64,000 bases of DNA from positions 27,270-91,269 of the IMG/VR virus record IMGVR_UViG_3300031555_003108. One strand, 5' to 3'. The DNA is from a virus. Lineage: Duplodnaviria > Caudoviricetes. Under the pieces are notes generated by a model, which saw nothing but the letters and a program-made list of their open reading frames with translations, was not told the DNA's origin and ran no database searches. Numbering within the stretch: position 1 is the first letter of the stretch; the number at the start of each line of letters is the position of its first letter. The translations under genes were made by a program, and so were the position numbers. Positions 16,478 to 25,693 of this stretch are shown here, piece after piece.

Positions 16478-18705
16478 TAGCAACACTCACGACAGTCCAT
16501 ATGAACATGTCTATCTTTAATCTCAGCAGTTCTACCTTGGTTAAAGAACTGAGTTCCAATGTATCCACAAGTTCTTCTTGCAACATTCATCTTCGACTGA
16601 TCTCGGTTTCCGCAGTTAGGGCACTCCCAGACAAGCTTACCTGACTCATCTTCTACGATGAGGATCTCACGATCCCAGCCACACTCCTGGCAGTAGTCTG
16701 ACTTAATATTAAGTTCAGCATACATGATGTTATCATAGATGTACTTGATCACAGTAAGTACTGCTTCGAGATTATTCTCGAGATTCGCACTTTCAATATA
16801 GCTGATCGCACCGCCGGAAGAAAGTCTCTGGAACTTCGCTTCTACTGCAAGCTTCTCAAAAGGATCAATCTCTTTAGTTACATGAACATGGTAACTATTA
16901 GTAATATAGTTCTTATCTGTAACTCCGGGAATTTCGCCCCAGCGCTTCTGCAAGCACTTAGCAAACTTATAAGTAGTTGACTCGAGAGGGGTTCCGTAGA
17001 TTCCGAATCCGAGATAGAGTTCCTTATTCCAGTCATCACACTTCTTATTCATGTAACGCATGATCTCAAGTCCGAGTTCCTGACCTTCCTCAGTAAGTAG
17101 GTCCTTACCAATGAGTTCTACTACACATTCCCAAAGTCCGGCGTATCCAAGTGAGATAGTTGAGTATCCACCAGTAAGAAGCTTATCGATGGTCTCACCC
17201 TTCTTTAGTCGAGCAATAGCACCATGCTGCCAAAGGATCGGAGCGACATCACTTACTGTACCCTTGAGTCTCTCATAGCGGCAAAGCAAAGCTTTATGAC
17301 AGAGCTCGAGTACTTCATCAAAGTTCTTCCAGAAACTATCAAGGTCTTTAGCGTAGTTAGCACCGCTTGCACCGCACGCTACATCTACTAGGTTGACTGT
17401 GACTACACCTTTATTAAATCTACCGTACCACTTCTGCTTTCCGTTCTCATCATACCAGGGGCTCAAGCAGGATCTGCAACCCATAGGTGCGAAGCAGCCG
17501 CCTTCTTTGAGTTCCTTCATGATCTTCTCACTAATGTAATCCGGGACTAGCCGCTTTGCAGTGCACTTCGCCGCAAGCTTAGTGAGGTACCAGTACTCGG
17601 AATCCGGATACACATTATCTTCTTCTAGAACATATACAAGTTTCGGGAATGCGGGGGAAACCCAGATACCTTTCTCATTCTTGATTCCCTCACGTCTTTG
17701 AAGAAGTACTTCTTCGATCACCATCGCGAGATCCTTCTTGGTTCTTTCATCTTCTACTTCATTAAGATACATAAACACCGTGATGAAGGGAGCTTGACCA
17801 TTAGTAGTGAGTAGAGTATTAACTTGGTACTGAATAGTTTGCACTCCGCGCTTTACTTCTGTGCGAACTCTCTTCTCTGTAATTTTGTTAATTATGCTAG
17901 TACGGTATTTAGATGGTAGTAACTTCATAAACAGCTTAATGATCTTAAAAGAATTAAACTCTTCTTCTACTTCGGCTCTGATCTTCTGTCTAGAAATATC
18001 TACGAAAGGAGCCAGGTGGGAGAGGGTGATAGACTGTCCACCGTACTGGTTACTGCTTACTTGTGCGATGATCTGCGTAGCGATATTACAAGCAGTCGCG
18101 AAACTATGAGGCTTCTCGACTAGAGTTCCGGAAATTACGGTTCCGTTTTGAAGCATGTCTTCGAGATTAACGAGGTCGCAGTTATGCATCTTCTGAATAA
18201 AGTAATCTGAGTCATGGAAGTGAATAGTTCCTTCGTCATGCGCCTTCACTACATCCTTAGGAAGAAGAAGTCTTCTAGTAATGTCCTTACTAGTTTCTCC
18301 AGCCATGTAGTCTCTCTGAGTAGAGTTAACTACCGGGTTCTTATTTGCGTTCTCCTGCTTGAGTTCCTCATTACTTAGATTAATCAAACTAAGAATCGAA
18401 TCATCGGTAGTGTTAGACTTTCTTACTAATTCTTTATTGTACCTATACCGAATAAACGCGCGAACGAGATCGTTGTAATTTCGGGAGATAAGTTCGTCTT
18501 CGATAAGATCGTTAATGTCTTCAACCTTAATTGCTCTCTTATACTCCTTACACTTCTCTTCTACTATGTTAGCAAGCTGATCAATCTTTCTAGGACCAAT
18601 CTGCTTTGATTTGATAACTTCCTGATTAGCATGAGAAATTGCCTTGATAATCTTGGACTTATCAAATTCGACTTCTCTGCCATCACGCTTAATAACTCTT
18701 TGCAT
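16477..18705 (-). CDS. nrdD: anaerobic ribonucleoside-triphosphate reductase (class III) with ATP cone
   Basis: VIKRDG ATP cone, MGCRS, RRTCGYIG glycyl-radical motif; likely start MQRVIK. Confidence 0.97.
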   Translation of the reverse strand: MQRVIKRDGREVEFDKSKIIKAISHANQEVIKSKQIGPRKIDQLANIVEEKCKEYKRAIKVEDINDLIEDELISRNYNDLVRAFIRYRYNKELVRKSNTTDDSILSLINLSNEELKQENANKNPVVNSTQRDYMAGETSKDITRRLLLPKDVVKAHDEGTIHFHDSDYFIQKMHNCDLVNLEDMLQNGTVISGTLVEKPHSFATACNIATQIIAQVSSNQYGGQSITLSHLAPFVDISRQKIRAEVEEEFNSFKIIKLFMKLLPSKYRTSIINKITEKRVRTEVKRGVQTIQYQVNTLLTTNGQAPFITVFMYLNEVEDERTKKDLAMVIEEVLLQRREGIKNEKGIWVSPAFPKLVYVLEEDNVYPDSEYWYLTKLAAKCTAKRLVPDYISEKIMKELKEGGCFAPMGCRSCLSPWYDENGKQKWYGRFNKGVVTVNLVDVACGASGANYAKDLDSFWKNFDEVLELCHKALLCRYERLKGTVSDVAPILWQHGAIARLKKGETIDKLLTGGYSTISLGYAGLWECVVELIGKDLLTEEGQELGLEIMRYMNKKCDDWNKELYLGFGIYGTPLESTTYKFAKCLQKRWGEIPGVTDKNYITNSYHVHVTKEIDPFEKLAVEAKFQRLSSGGAISYIESANLENNLEAVLTVIKYIYDNIMYAELNIKSDYCQECGWDREILIVEDESGKLVWECPNCGNRDQSKMNVARRTCGYIGTQFFNQGRTAEIKDRHVHMDCRECC

Positions 18706-18759
18706 AATTTCCACCTTTCTATAGTAATTATCTCCCAAAGTTCATTTACCTGGGGTAAT

Positions 18760-18771
18760 AAATTTAGCAAA
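18760..18771 (-). promoter_or_regulatory. late-type promoter variant TTTGCTAAATTT
   Basis: Motif upstream of nrdD. Confidence 0.55.
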
Positions 18772-18793
18772 TTTTTAAGCTATTTCGGGTTAT

Positions 18794-18872
18794 AAAAAAG
18801 GAGACGGGACGGCAGATCTTTAACCCACCATCCCGATGCCAATGAACACTTTAACCCTAATCACTCACCTAT
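18794..18872 (-). ncRNA. putative small RNA with duplicated GGGUUAAAG seed
   Basis: Promoter ATCGTATAAT (18876-18885); 13-bp terminal hairpin plus U-tract; no ORF. Confidence 0.55.
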
Positions 18873-18886
18873 AATATTATACGATA

Positions 18887-19111
18887 TTAAAGGTTTATTT
18901 TTTGATAAAACGAGAAATAAATCCCAAGTCCGTCTACATATAAATAATACTTCTCAGAGTTATTAGTTTCGGATACTATAAAGTTTTTATACTTAAACTT
19001 ATCGAAGTAGATGGCTCCCACAGGTTTCTTATTTATATCAAGCAACTCGATTACCGGAGGCTTCTCTTGATCCGCATAAGCATGAAATAAAGTAGTTAGC
19101 GAATGTTCCAT
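18887..19111 (-). CDS. hypothetical protein
   Basis: ORF track; overlaps upstream gene. Confidence 0.65.
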   Translation of the reverse strand: MEHSLTTLFHAYADQEKPPVIELLDINKKPVGAIYFDKFKYKNFIVSETNNSEKYYLYVDGLGIYFSFYQKINL

Positions 19112-19476
19112 ATATCTCTCTCCTCTCCGAAAAGAAAAGCTTTTAGGAAATTGCCGGCGAATAGCCAGTTTTCGTAATCTATTAAAATATCCTTAATGAT
19201 CTTCTGCTCTTCTCTATAAAAATAAATTGCCTGCTGAAGTTGCTTATAAGCTAATATCAGATTAACATCAGCCTGATGATGTTTAATAGCCTTACAGTAC
19301 TTTTTAAATAAGGTATTTGCAGAACCTTCTAAAATGTCTATAACTTTCATAACTGCACGTAAAGTAGCTCTTCCACCGGCATACTCGCTAAAGAAGCGTA
19401 ATTGTTCAAATTTCGTATGTTCACCGGCTTTAGCATTTTCTATTAAATTTAAAAATAGTTCTTTTGTGTCGTCCAT
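19096..19476 (-). CDS. hypothetical helical protein
   Basis: ORF track. Confidence 0.7.
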   Translation of the reverse strand: MDDTKELFLNLIENAKAGEHTKFEQLRFFSEYAGGRATLRAVMKVIDILEGSANTLFKKYCKAIKHHQADVNLILAYKQLQQAIYFYREEQKIIKDILIDYENWLFAGNFLKAFLFGEERDIWNIR

Positions 19477-19496
19477 GTTAATAAACCTTTGTAATT

Positions 19497-19578
19497 AAAA
19501 TAATAGAGCCTCGGCAGGAGGAAATCCGAGGCTCTTACGAAAGGAGGAAACTTGTCTATAAGATTTAGTATCTTATAG
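19497..19578 (-). ncRNA. putative anti-Shine-Dalgarno small RNA
   Basis: Promoter ATCGTATAAT (19582-19591); 9-bp 5' hairpin; two UUUCCUCCU; 10-bp terminator stem. Confidence 0.65.
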
Positions 19579-19632
19579 TATATTATACGATATGTAATTT
19601 GAAATTTTTCAAATTGTCTGAAATTTTTCAAA

Positions 19633-20124
19633 TTAATAACCAAAGAAAAGATCGAAAATATCTATTGCTTTCTTTGTAGGTACATTATCGGAAGTCTGCT
19701 TGCTAAGTGTTGTCTCGAAGTCTCCATCTTTTAAAGTGATGTGATAAGAATCATACTTATCAGTAAACTCCTTAAGTGCTACCTGATAGACTTCTTCAGC
19801 CTCAGCAAGCTTGTTATGGATATCCTTCTTGCCGAGCTCAAAAGCATTCTTAAGGTTATCAAGAGCTTCAGCATACTCCTTGGTAAGCTGAGTAAGCTCT
19901 TCCTTATAAGTCTTACGTGCAGCATTGAGTGCCTTAAATGCATCTTCTACCTTAAGAGCATCAGCTTTCTTCTGAGCAGCAGCGTCTTCCTTAGTTTTCT
20001 GTTTAGCATAGTAAGCTTCCTCAGCTTCCTGAAGTTCCTCGATAGTATCAAAGGGTTCCTTCAAAAGCTTTGAGTAGTAACCATACTCTACATCTGTTTT
20101 TCTGGTGTCATTCTTCTTTGTCAT
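19633..20124 (-). CDS. coiled-coil hypothetical protein
   Basis: Heptad-rich; own middle promoter (20197-20206) and 5' hairpin. Confidence 0.8.
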   Translation of the reverse strand: MTKKNDTRKTDVEYGYYSKLLKEPFDTIEELQEAEEAYYAKQKTKEDAAAQKKADALKVEDAFKALNAARKTYKEELTQLTKEYAEALDNLKNAFELGKKDIHNKLAEAEEVYQVALKEFTDKYDSYHITLKDGDFETTLSKQTSDNVPTKKAIDIFDLFFGY

Positions 20125-20211
20125 TTTTAAATACCAATCCTTTTTGTTATTTTTATATTAAGCCGGACAGAAGTCCTCTCAACTGCCTGACTTTATATTA
20201 TACGATAAAAA

Positions 20212-22260
20212 TTAATTAAATCCGCAATCTACACAAATGCCAGTTTCGATATCAAAGGTTTCTTTACCACACTCAGGGCAAAGCCTTAAATGAGAATCTG
20301 AAACTTCTGAAGTTTCGTTAGGATAACCGTCATCATATTCATTACCGAGGTCATGAAGCTCTTCTGGATCAAAGTCTTCTTCAAAGCGTTGAAGTGCTCC
20401 AGGGCCTGGACCTTTGCCGGCAACGACTCTTATGTCAGTTTCTTTCCAATCAAAGCGACCACCAGCTGCACGTCTTTCTGCTTCTAAATTTTTCATATAA
20501 TCTAATGCCCAACTCTCAGCGGCTTCTTTGGTTGTAGCTGTAGTATTCATTAAATTATGCCATTTACCATTATATCTAGTTTGAATATACCAACGTGGTT
20601 GATTATGACGTTCTTCGTATTCAGCCATCCTTTTTGCATGTTGTTCATCCTCAAACTTTTTAACTAGCTCATCTCTACGTTCGCCTTCTACAAACTCCCC
20701 GGTAGCTTCATCATAATAAGGCCACTCTTGTCTCCAATTTTGACGTCCAACAGGGTACTGAGTGTTATATCTTTCGGCACCATACTTTGCCACATAGCGT
20801 TGAGCAAAACGCATATTCTTCTGTCTTTCATGCTCAGCAGCTTTGGCTTCACGCTCAGCAATCTTTTCTGGGCTCAGCTCTCTTGCTTTTCTTACTTTAG
20901 AAAGTGTATCACCAAAGCTGTCAATCGATCTGAAATCATCATCGACTCCGGCTACATCTAAAAGGTAGTCATCATCCCAAGAACTACCAAATTCACTATT
21001 AGCTGCAGCAGCAATATCAGATAAAGAAGCTTCAGTAAGGTCTTCATCTGCAGGATAAACCATAGCTACACCATCATATAAACCATAGTTATAGTCATAG
21101 TACTTGTGCTCCATTGCTTCATAAGCTTCTTCTTCTGTTACTGCTTCCACAGTTCCAATTTCTTTACCATCAAATTCACAAATCCAAGTTTTAGTCTCAA
21201 GTTCTTCGTCGAGCTGGGGTTGGTTATTAAGTTGTCGAGAAATTTCACAAGCTATAGCACTTGCCCAACCTCTATATTTTTCTGGATCCTCTGGAACTTC
21301 AATATCGTAGTTGTTCTCTATGTCTGCAATAACATCATCTACGAAATCTTCTGCAGAAGAATCATAGCCAATATCATTCACCAAGTGATTAATAGAATCT
21401 TTTACAAGGTCAGCGAGAGATTTAGCGTTGTCAATGTCCTCATCAAGGAAATCCCAATAGTTATTCTCTCTAAACGTTAGAGTCTCGCCTCTAGACTTAA
21501 TAGCCATCTCACATCTGCTGCAGAGCCAGCCTAGACCATCATCTGGTCCGCCTGCTCCAACCTCATAACGACACTCACTCTTATCAAAGAGGTCATTACA
21601 CCAAGCACACTCTACGGTATCCTCGTTCTCTTCCATCTCTTCTACTAGCTGCTCGATAGTCATTCCTTCTGGAATAGGCTTTCTGCGGAGCTCATCAGCA
21701 AGTTCTACAATCTTAGCCTTTGAGCCTTTCTTGTAACCAGCGAGAGAAGCCTCAGCATCGGCTAATGAACTAAATATTGACAAAGCGTCTGAATCGATAC
21801 GTACGAGACTTCTACCACCATTGCCTTCATAGTTATATCCATCGCTGTCGTTACTCACTTTTATTACATATTGTTTAGCAGTCTCTTGTCCAGGGGTAGT
21901 TACCCACTCATCTAAGATAGGTTCCTCCGCTTTGCAGTCTACGGAGTTGTCTAATGAATCAAACTCGGGATCCTGACCATCAGCCATAAGCTTAAGGTCG
22001 TCTTTAGTGAAAATAGACTTAGTCGGTTCTGCTTCGGTGTATCCACCCTCGGACTCACCCATTATATCTTCCCAAGACCAAACAGTTCCGAGATCAGCAG
22101 AATCAGTACACTCGCCGAAGTCGTTGCGGCATACCTCTGTCTGAGTAATAATAGGTTTCTGACTTAGGCAACCCAAAGCAAACTCTTTTGCTTCATCAAA
22201 GAAATCGAAGTGCTCATCTTCACAGTTGGGGCACTTTACAAAATAAATATATGTTACCAT
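20212..22260 (-). CDS. modular acidic protein with Zn fingers under late promoter (putative processed head polyprotein)
   Basis: Late promoter 22288-22299; modules separated by ILDE, FLDE, QLDE, DLTE; CPNC, CAWC..CSRC, CPEC..CVDC. Confidence 0.75.
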   Translation of the reverse strand: MVTYIYFVKCPNCEDEHFDFFDEAKEFALGCLSQKPIITQTEVCRNDFGECTDSADLGTVWSWEDIMGESEGGYTEAEPTKSIFTKDDLKLMADGQDPEFDSLDNSVDCKAEEPILDEWVTTPGQETAKQYVIKVSNDSDGYNYEGNGGRSLVRIDSDALSIFSSLADAEASLAGYKKGSKAKIVELADELRRKPIPEGMTIEQLVEEMEENEDTVECAWCNDLFDKSECRYEVGAGGPDDGLGWLCSRCEMAIKSRGETLTFRENNYWDFLDEDIDNAKSLADLVKDSINHLVNDIGYDSSAEDFVDDVIADIENNYDIEVPEDPEKYRGWASAIACEISRQLNNQPQLDEELETKTWICEFDGKEIGTVEAVTEEEAYEAMEHKYYDYNYGLYDGVAMVYPADEDLTEASLSDIAAAANSEFGSSWDDDYLLDVAGVDDDFRSIDSFGDTLSKVRKARELSPEKIAEREAKAAEHERQKNMRFAQRYVAKYGAERYNTQYPVGRQNWRQEWPYYDEATGEFVEGERRDELVKKFEDEQHAKRMAEYEERHNQPRWYIQTRYNGKWHNLMNTTATTKEAAESWALDYMKNLEAERRAAGGRFDWKETDIRVVAGKGPGPGALQRFEEDFDPEELHDLGNEYDDGYPNETSEVSDSHLRLCPECGKETFDIETGICVDCGFN

Positions 22261-22287
22261 TTATGTTCTCCTTAAAGGTTAATCGTA

Positions 22288-22299
22288 TAATTTAGCAAA
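22288..22299 (-). promoter_or_regulatory. putative late promoter TTTGCTAAATTA
   Basis: Consensus match. Confidence 0.75.
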
Positions 22300-22309
22300 T
22301 CGAAATTAC

Positions 22310-22747
22310 TTAAATTTCATCAAGTAATCCGGACTTTCTTAACATCTTCTCAGATTCCGAAATTAGCTGAATCTCGTTTACTTCACCGGCAACTAGGAAG
22401 ACTTTGAGTATCCTGCCTTTGTAGCAAAGCCGGATATCTCTGAAATCTCCATTATGAAAATACTCTAATTTCGCACCGGCGAAATCCGGATAATTACGGA
22501 AGTCAGTTATAAGGTCGAGTTCTCGATCCACAAACTTACACATATCTTCTTTGTAGTAGATATTGTTTAATCCTAGGTCTACTAGCTTCCCTCTCCACTG
22601 AGCGAAGCATTGAACTCCAGAGGGATCACTTAGAAAATTGATCTCGTGATCCCTGTACCTTATAGTATCATATCTAACTACAAGGCCAAGCTCCCTGGCT
22701 TCCTTAGAGATTGGCGTAATTTCGTTAGCCGGTATTAACTGCTCCAA
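22310..22747 (-). CDS. hypothetical protein
   Basis: ORF track; TTG start with GAGGAG RBS. Confidence 0.7.
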   Translation of the reverse strand: MEQLIPANEITPISKEARELGLVVRYDTIRYRDHEINFLSDPSGVQCFAQWRGKLVDLGLNNIYYKEDMCKFVDRELDLITDFRNYPDFAGAKLEYFHNGDFRDIRLCYKGRILKVFLVAGEVNEIQLISESEKMLRKSGLLDEI

Positions 22748-22748
22748 C

Positions 22749-23873
22749 TTAATTCTCCTCTACAACGTATTCGAAATGTAACCCTTTTACGGACTTTAAT
22801 TTTCCTCGTAAATTTGATTTTACACTTATCCCATATTTTTTACAAGCTTGACCAACTGAAATAAATAATTCGCCAGTCTCCGTACAACGTACACTTTTTA
22901 AACGTTTGATGTTATAATCATTAGGAATTTTCAATTTAAAGGCTCTTTGCTTGAGACTATTTATACTTCTACCTAAATAATCGCTACAATACTGCCAGGT
23001 ATTGGCAGGTAAGTTTTCTCGTAACCAAGCGTCTTCTTCAACCGTCCAAAAAGTAGCCTTACTTAACTGAAGACGAGCTGCCTTCGAGGTTATACTACTA
23101 GGGCTTCTATTCAAAAATTCAACACAGGCGGTCATCGACGTTGTAGCATAATTAGCTATTAGCCACTCCGTATCTTCGTCTGTCCATAAGCGGTCAGAAA
23201 TTTGTAAATTAGTTACTTTGTGCTCTATTGAGCCAGGTGTTCTACTTAAGTATTGAGCGCAAGCCTCTCTACCTAAATCTACATAGTTTAATTTTAGCCA
23301 GGTTTCTTCTTCAGAAGTCCAAATACGATCCGAAAGCCCGAGTGTACAGACTCTGCCTTTGACCGCTGCAGGTGTTTTATTTAAAACTTTGGCGATATTT
23401 TCCACAGTTTCTGCTGAGGTGCCGGTACGATAAAGTTCGGCTAGTTTAGCATCATCTTCAGGCGACCAATAGAAATCCAAATTTCGTTTTATCTCAGTAC
23501 AAATCTGCATAATAGCATCTTTAGAAAAGTGTAAAATGTCGGGTTTACCGCTCATTGCGAGAATAGCTTTAGCGTTACTCGTTTTTAGCTTACCAGTAGT
23601 GCAATTAAACAAAAGCCAATGAGCATAAAAATGATCTGAATAAGTCAAGTCTACTAATCGATTGTGCGGGTCATTTAGTGAGATATCCTCAGTTGAAGCA
23701 AACTTTGAATCCTTTGAATAATCTGAATTGTAATAGCTTCTTGGAATTACATGATGCTTTTCAGTGTATTCAGTACTGGAAAAAGAAAAAGGCTGCTCAA
23801 TAAATGACAAATACTCTTCCAAGTACTCGTTATCGATAAAACAACCCAAAGATAATAAATAAGATTTTAACAT
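22749..23873 (-). CDS. HNH endonuclease with four Myb/HTH-like repeats
   Basis: EKHHVIPRS...LVDLT..DHFYAHWLL; 4x W(T/S).E(E/D)...L...Y...L.R(T/S)..S(I/L); C-terminal VRCTETG...FEY. Confidence 0.8.
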   Translation of the reverse strand: MLKSYLLSLGCFIDNEYLEEYLSFIEQPFSFSSTEYTEKHHVIPRSYYNSDYSKDSKFASTEDISLNDPHNRLVDLTYSDHFYAHWLLFNCTTGKLKTSNAKAILAMSGKPDILHFSKDAIMQICTEIKRNLDFYWSPEDDAKLAELYRTGTSAETVENIAKVLNKTPAAVKGRVCTLGLSDRIWTSEEETWLKLNYVDLGREACAQYLSRTPGSIEHKVTNLQISDRLWTDEDTEWLIANYATTSMTACVEFLNRSPSSITSKAARLQLSKATFWTVEEDAWLRENLPANTWQYCSDYLGRSINSLKQRAFKLKIPNDYNIKRLKSVRCTETGELFISVGQACKKYGISVKSNLRGKLKSVKGLHFEYVVEEN

Positions 23874-23962
23874 GTAGATCTCTCCTTCGACAATGTGTCA
23901 GAATTTTAATCACTCCAACAGGCATGCCACTGCCGAAGGAGCTATCTACATAATTTAGCAAA
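23872..23962 (-). promoter_or_regulatory. late promoter plus hairpin hiding the RBS and ATG of the HNH gene
   Basis: TTTGCTAAATTA (23951-23962); ATGTAGAT/ATCTACAT and CTCCTTCGGCAGTG/CATTGTCGAAGGAG stems. Confidence 0.8.
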
Positions 23963-23965
23963 TAA

Positions 23966-25693
23966 TTAAAGCTCCAAAATAATTTTTCTTAGCTCATCCT
24001 GTAAACCTGTTGATAAGCTACTAGAATCTTTACCATCTACTAGGTACTCGCCCAAATCTTTCTTTGTTGATACTATTTCCTGAACTCGCTCATCAATAGT
24101 TTCCTTACACACAAGTACCTTAATATAAGCAGGTCTAGTATTAGAAATTCTGTGTACGCGTTGATAACACTGCTCAAAAAGGGCGAAGGTATACGGAGTA
24201 TCAATAAAAATCAGGTACATAGACGAATTAAGTGTATAGCCAACACCCATCTTAGAACACGAACCCAAAAAGACTTGCTCATCTGAGTCCTCTTGGAATC
24301 TAGCAACATTATTCATTACTGTTGCATCATCTACATCTCCTGTATTTAACGTATATCGAAATCCTTCTAATTTTGTGGCCAACTGATGCAAAGGCTCTTT
24401 AAACACAGAAAATACTACAACCTTTTCACCTTGAGACACAATCTCTTGGATATATTCAAAAGCTCTTTGTACTTTTACTGAATCAATACTTTGAGTAGTA
24501 AGCACGTTTGGACATGCTGTGGCCTGCCTCAACCGTGTAGTAAGCGCAAGTAAATTTCCAGACTTGAGTTCAATCTTATCTGCCTCTTCTTTGACCCCTT
24601 CTTTGATAGCCTCATAGAACTTTTGTTGGCTCTCATCCATCTCAAGGTATTCAGTATCTATAGTAAGCAGCGGAATATCAGCTCTAACATCATATAAAGT
24701 ACGTCTAATAGAGCAGCTATCAATTTCCTCTCGAAGTACCTCTAAGTTCTTATAACCAATAATTTGGCTATTTCCGAAAGGGCCACCAAAATTACAGTAC
24801 TGAGATTTGAAATTCGTAAGTGTCGCACTTTCGTTATCAGTGAACTTTAGACTAGGAAAAGCAGAGAGAGGGCTATTAACTATGAGAGTACCAGTGGCTG
24901 CTACCTTAAAGTCTGCGTCTAGTTTCATTAGGTTATTATACTGAGTAGTATCCGGTGCTCCAATCTTATGAGACTCATCGAAAGCTATTAACCCAAATTT
25001 ATTTTCAGAAGTCTTTATAGCCTCGACAATCTTGGGGTCTCTAATAGACTCAACGTTAATTAAAACGAAGAACTCATCGATTTTATTCTTAAGCTGCTCA
25101 GCTCTTTTAACCATAGAGTGATATCTGGTAGTACCGGTTCTAGTAACATACTTTCCGATAGTAACTACCGACTCGGTCGAAAACTTCTGAATTTCGCGTT
25201 CCCAGTTTCCTCTAAGTCCGGCAATTCCGGTAATTACGAGACAGTGCTCTATAATCCCTCTCTTCTTAAGAGTTTCTGCAAAGAGGATCATCTCGAGAGA
25301 CTTACCAACTCCGCAGCCGTCAAGTAACAAAGACTTCTCCTGTTTAAGTAGAAAGTCTACAGCTTCTAATTGGTGTGGGAAAGGGGAAGCCTTAAACGAA
25401 ATCTTCTCAATCTCGGAGAGGGCCTCAAGATTATATTTTCTGTGTAAACGAAATCCGTCTGATTCCGGTGTATCTAAAAGTTTAAGTTGTATATCGTCCA
25501 GGAAAGTAAGACTATCTAAAACTCTGCCTAGGTAGCAAATGGGAACCTCCCAACATTTCTCCTTCTTGAAGTAATGATAAGTAGGGAGTGTCTTAAGGGC
25601 GTCTACTATGTACTGATTAAAGTCGAAATCTATAATTAGTGAGCTTAAGCCCGAAATCTTTTTTCCCGGAGATATTTCAAATATTCTTATCAA
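23966..25693 (-). CDS. SNF2-family (SF2) helicase
   Basis: GCGVGKS Walker A, DESH, ATGT, Q...RVHRI motif VI. Confidence 0.9.
   Translation of the reverse strand: MIRIFEISPGKKISGLSSLIIDFDFNQYIVDALKTLPTYHYFKKEKCWEVPICYLGRVLDSLTFLDDIQLKLLDTPESDGFRLHRKYNLEALSEIEKISFKASPFPHQLEAVDFLLKQEKSLLLDGCGVGKSLEMILFAETLKKRGIIEHCLVITGIAGLRGNWEREIQKFSTESVVTIGKYVTRTGTTRYHSMVKRAEQLKNKIDEFFVLINVESIRDPKIVEAIKTSENKFGLIAFDESHKIGAPDTTQYNNLMKLDADFKVAATGTLIVNSPLSAFPSLKFTDNESATLTNFKSQYCNFGGPFGNSQIIGYKNLEVLREEIDSCSIRRTLYDVRADIPLLTIDTEYLEMDESQQKFYEAIKEGVKEEADKIELKSGNLLALTTRLRQATACPNVLTTQSIDSVKVQRAFEYIQEIVSQGEKVVVFSVFKEPLHQLATKLEGFRYTLNTGDVDDATVMNNVARFQEDSDEQVFLGSCSKMGVGYTLNSSMYLIFIDTPYTFALFEQCYQRVHRISNTRPAYIKVLVCKETIDERVQEIVSTKKDLGEYLVDGKDSSSLSTGLQDELRKIILEL

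Noticed and set aside
16477-18705. Intron or intein in nrdD
   Set aside because: Continuous ORF of normal length with no Hint motifs.
19449-19643. 64-aa - strand ORF across the sRNA locus
   Set aside because: No RBS, spans a promoter and terminator, low-complexity translation; the RNA structure explains the region better.
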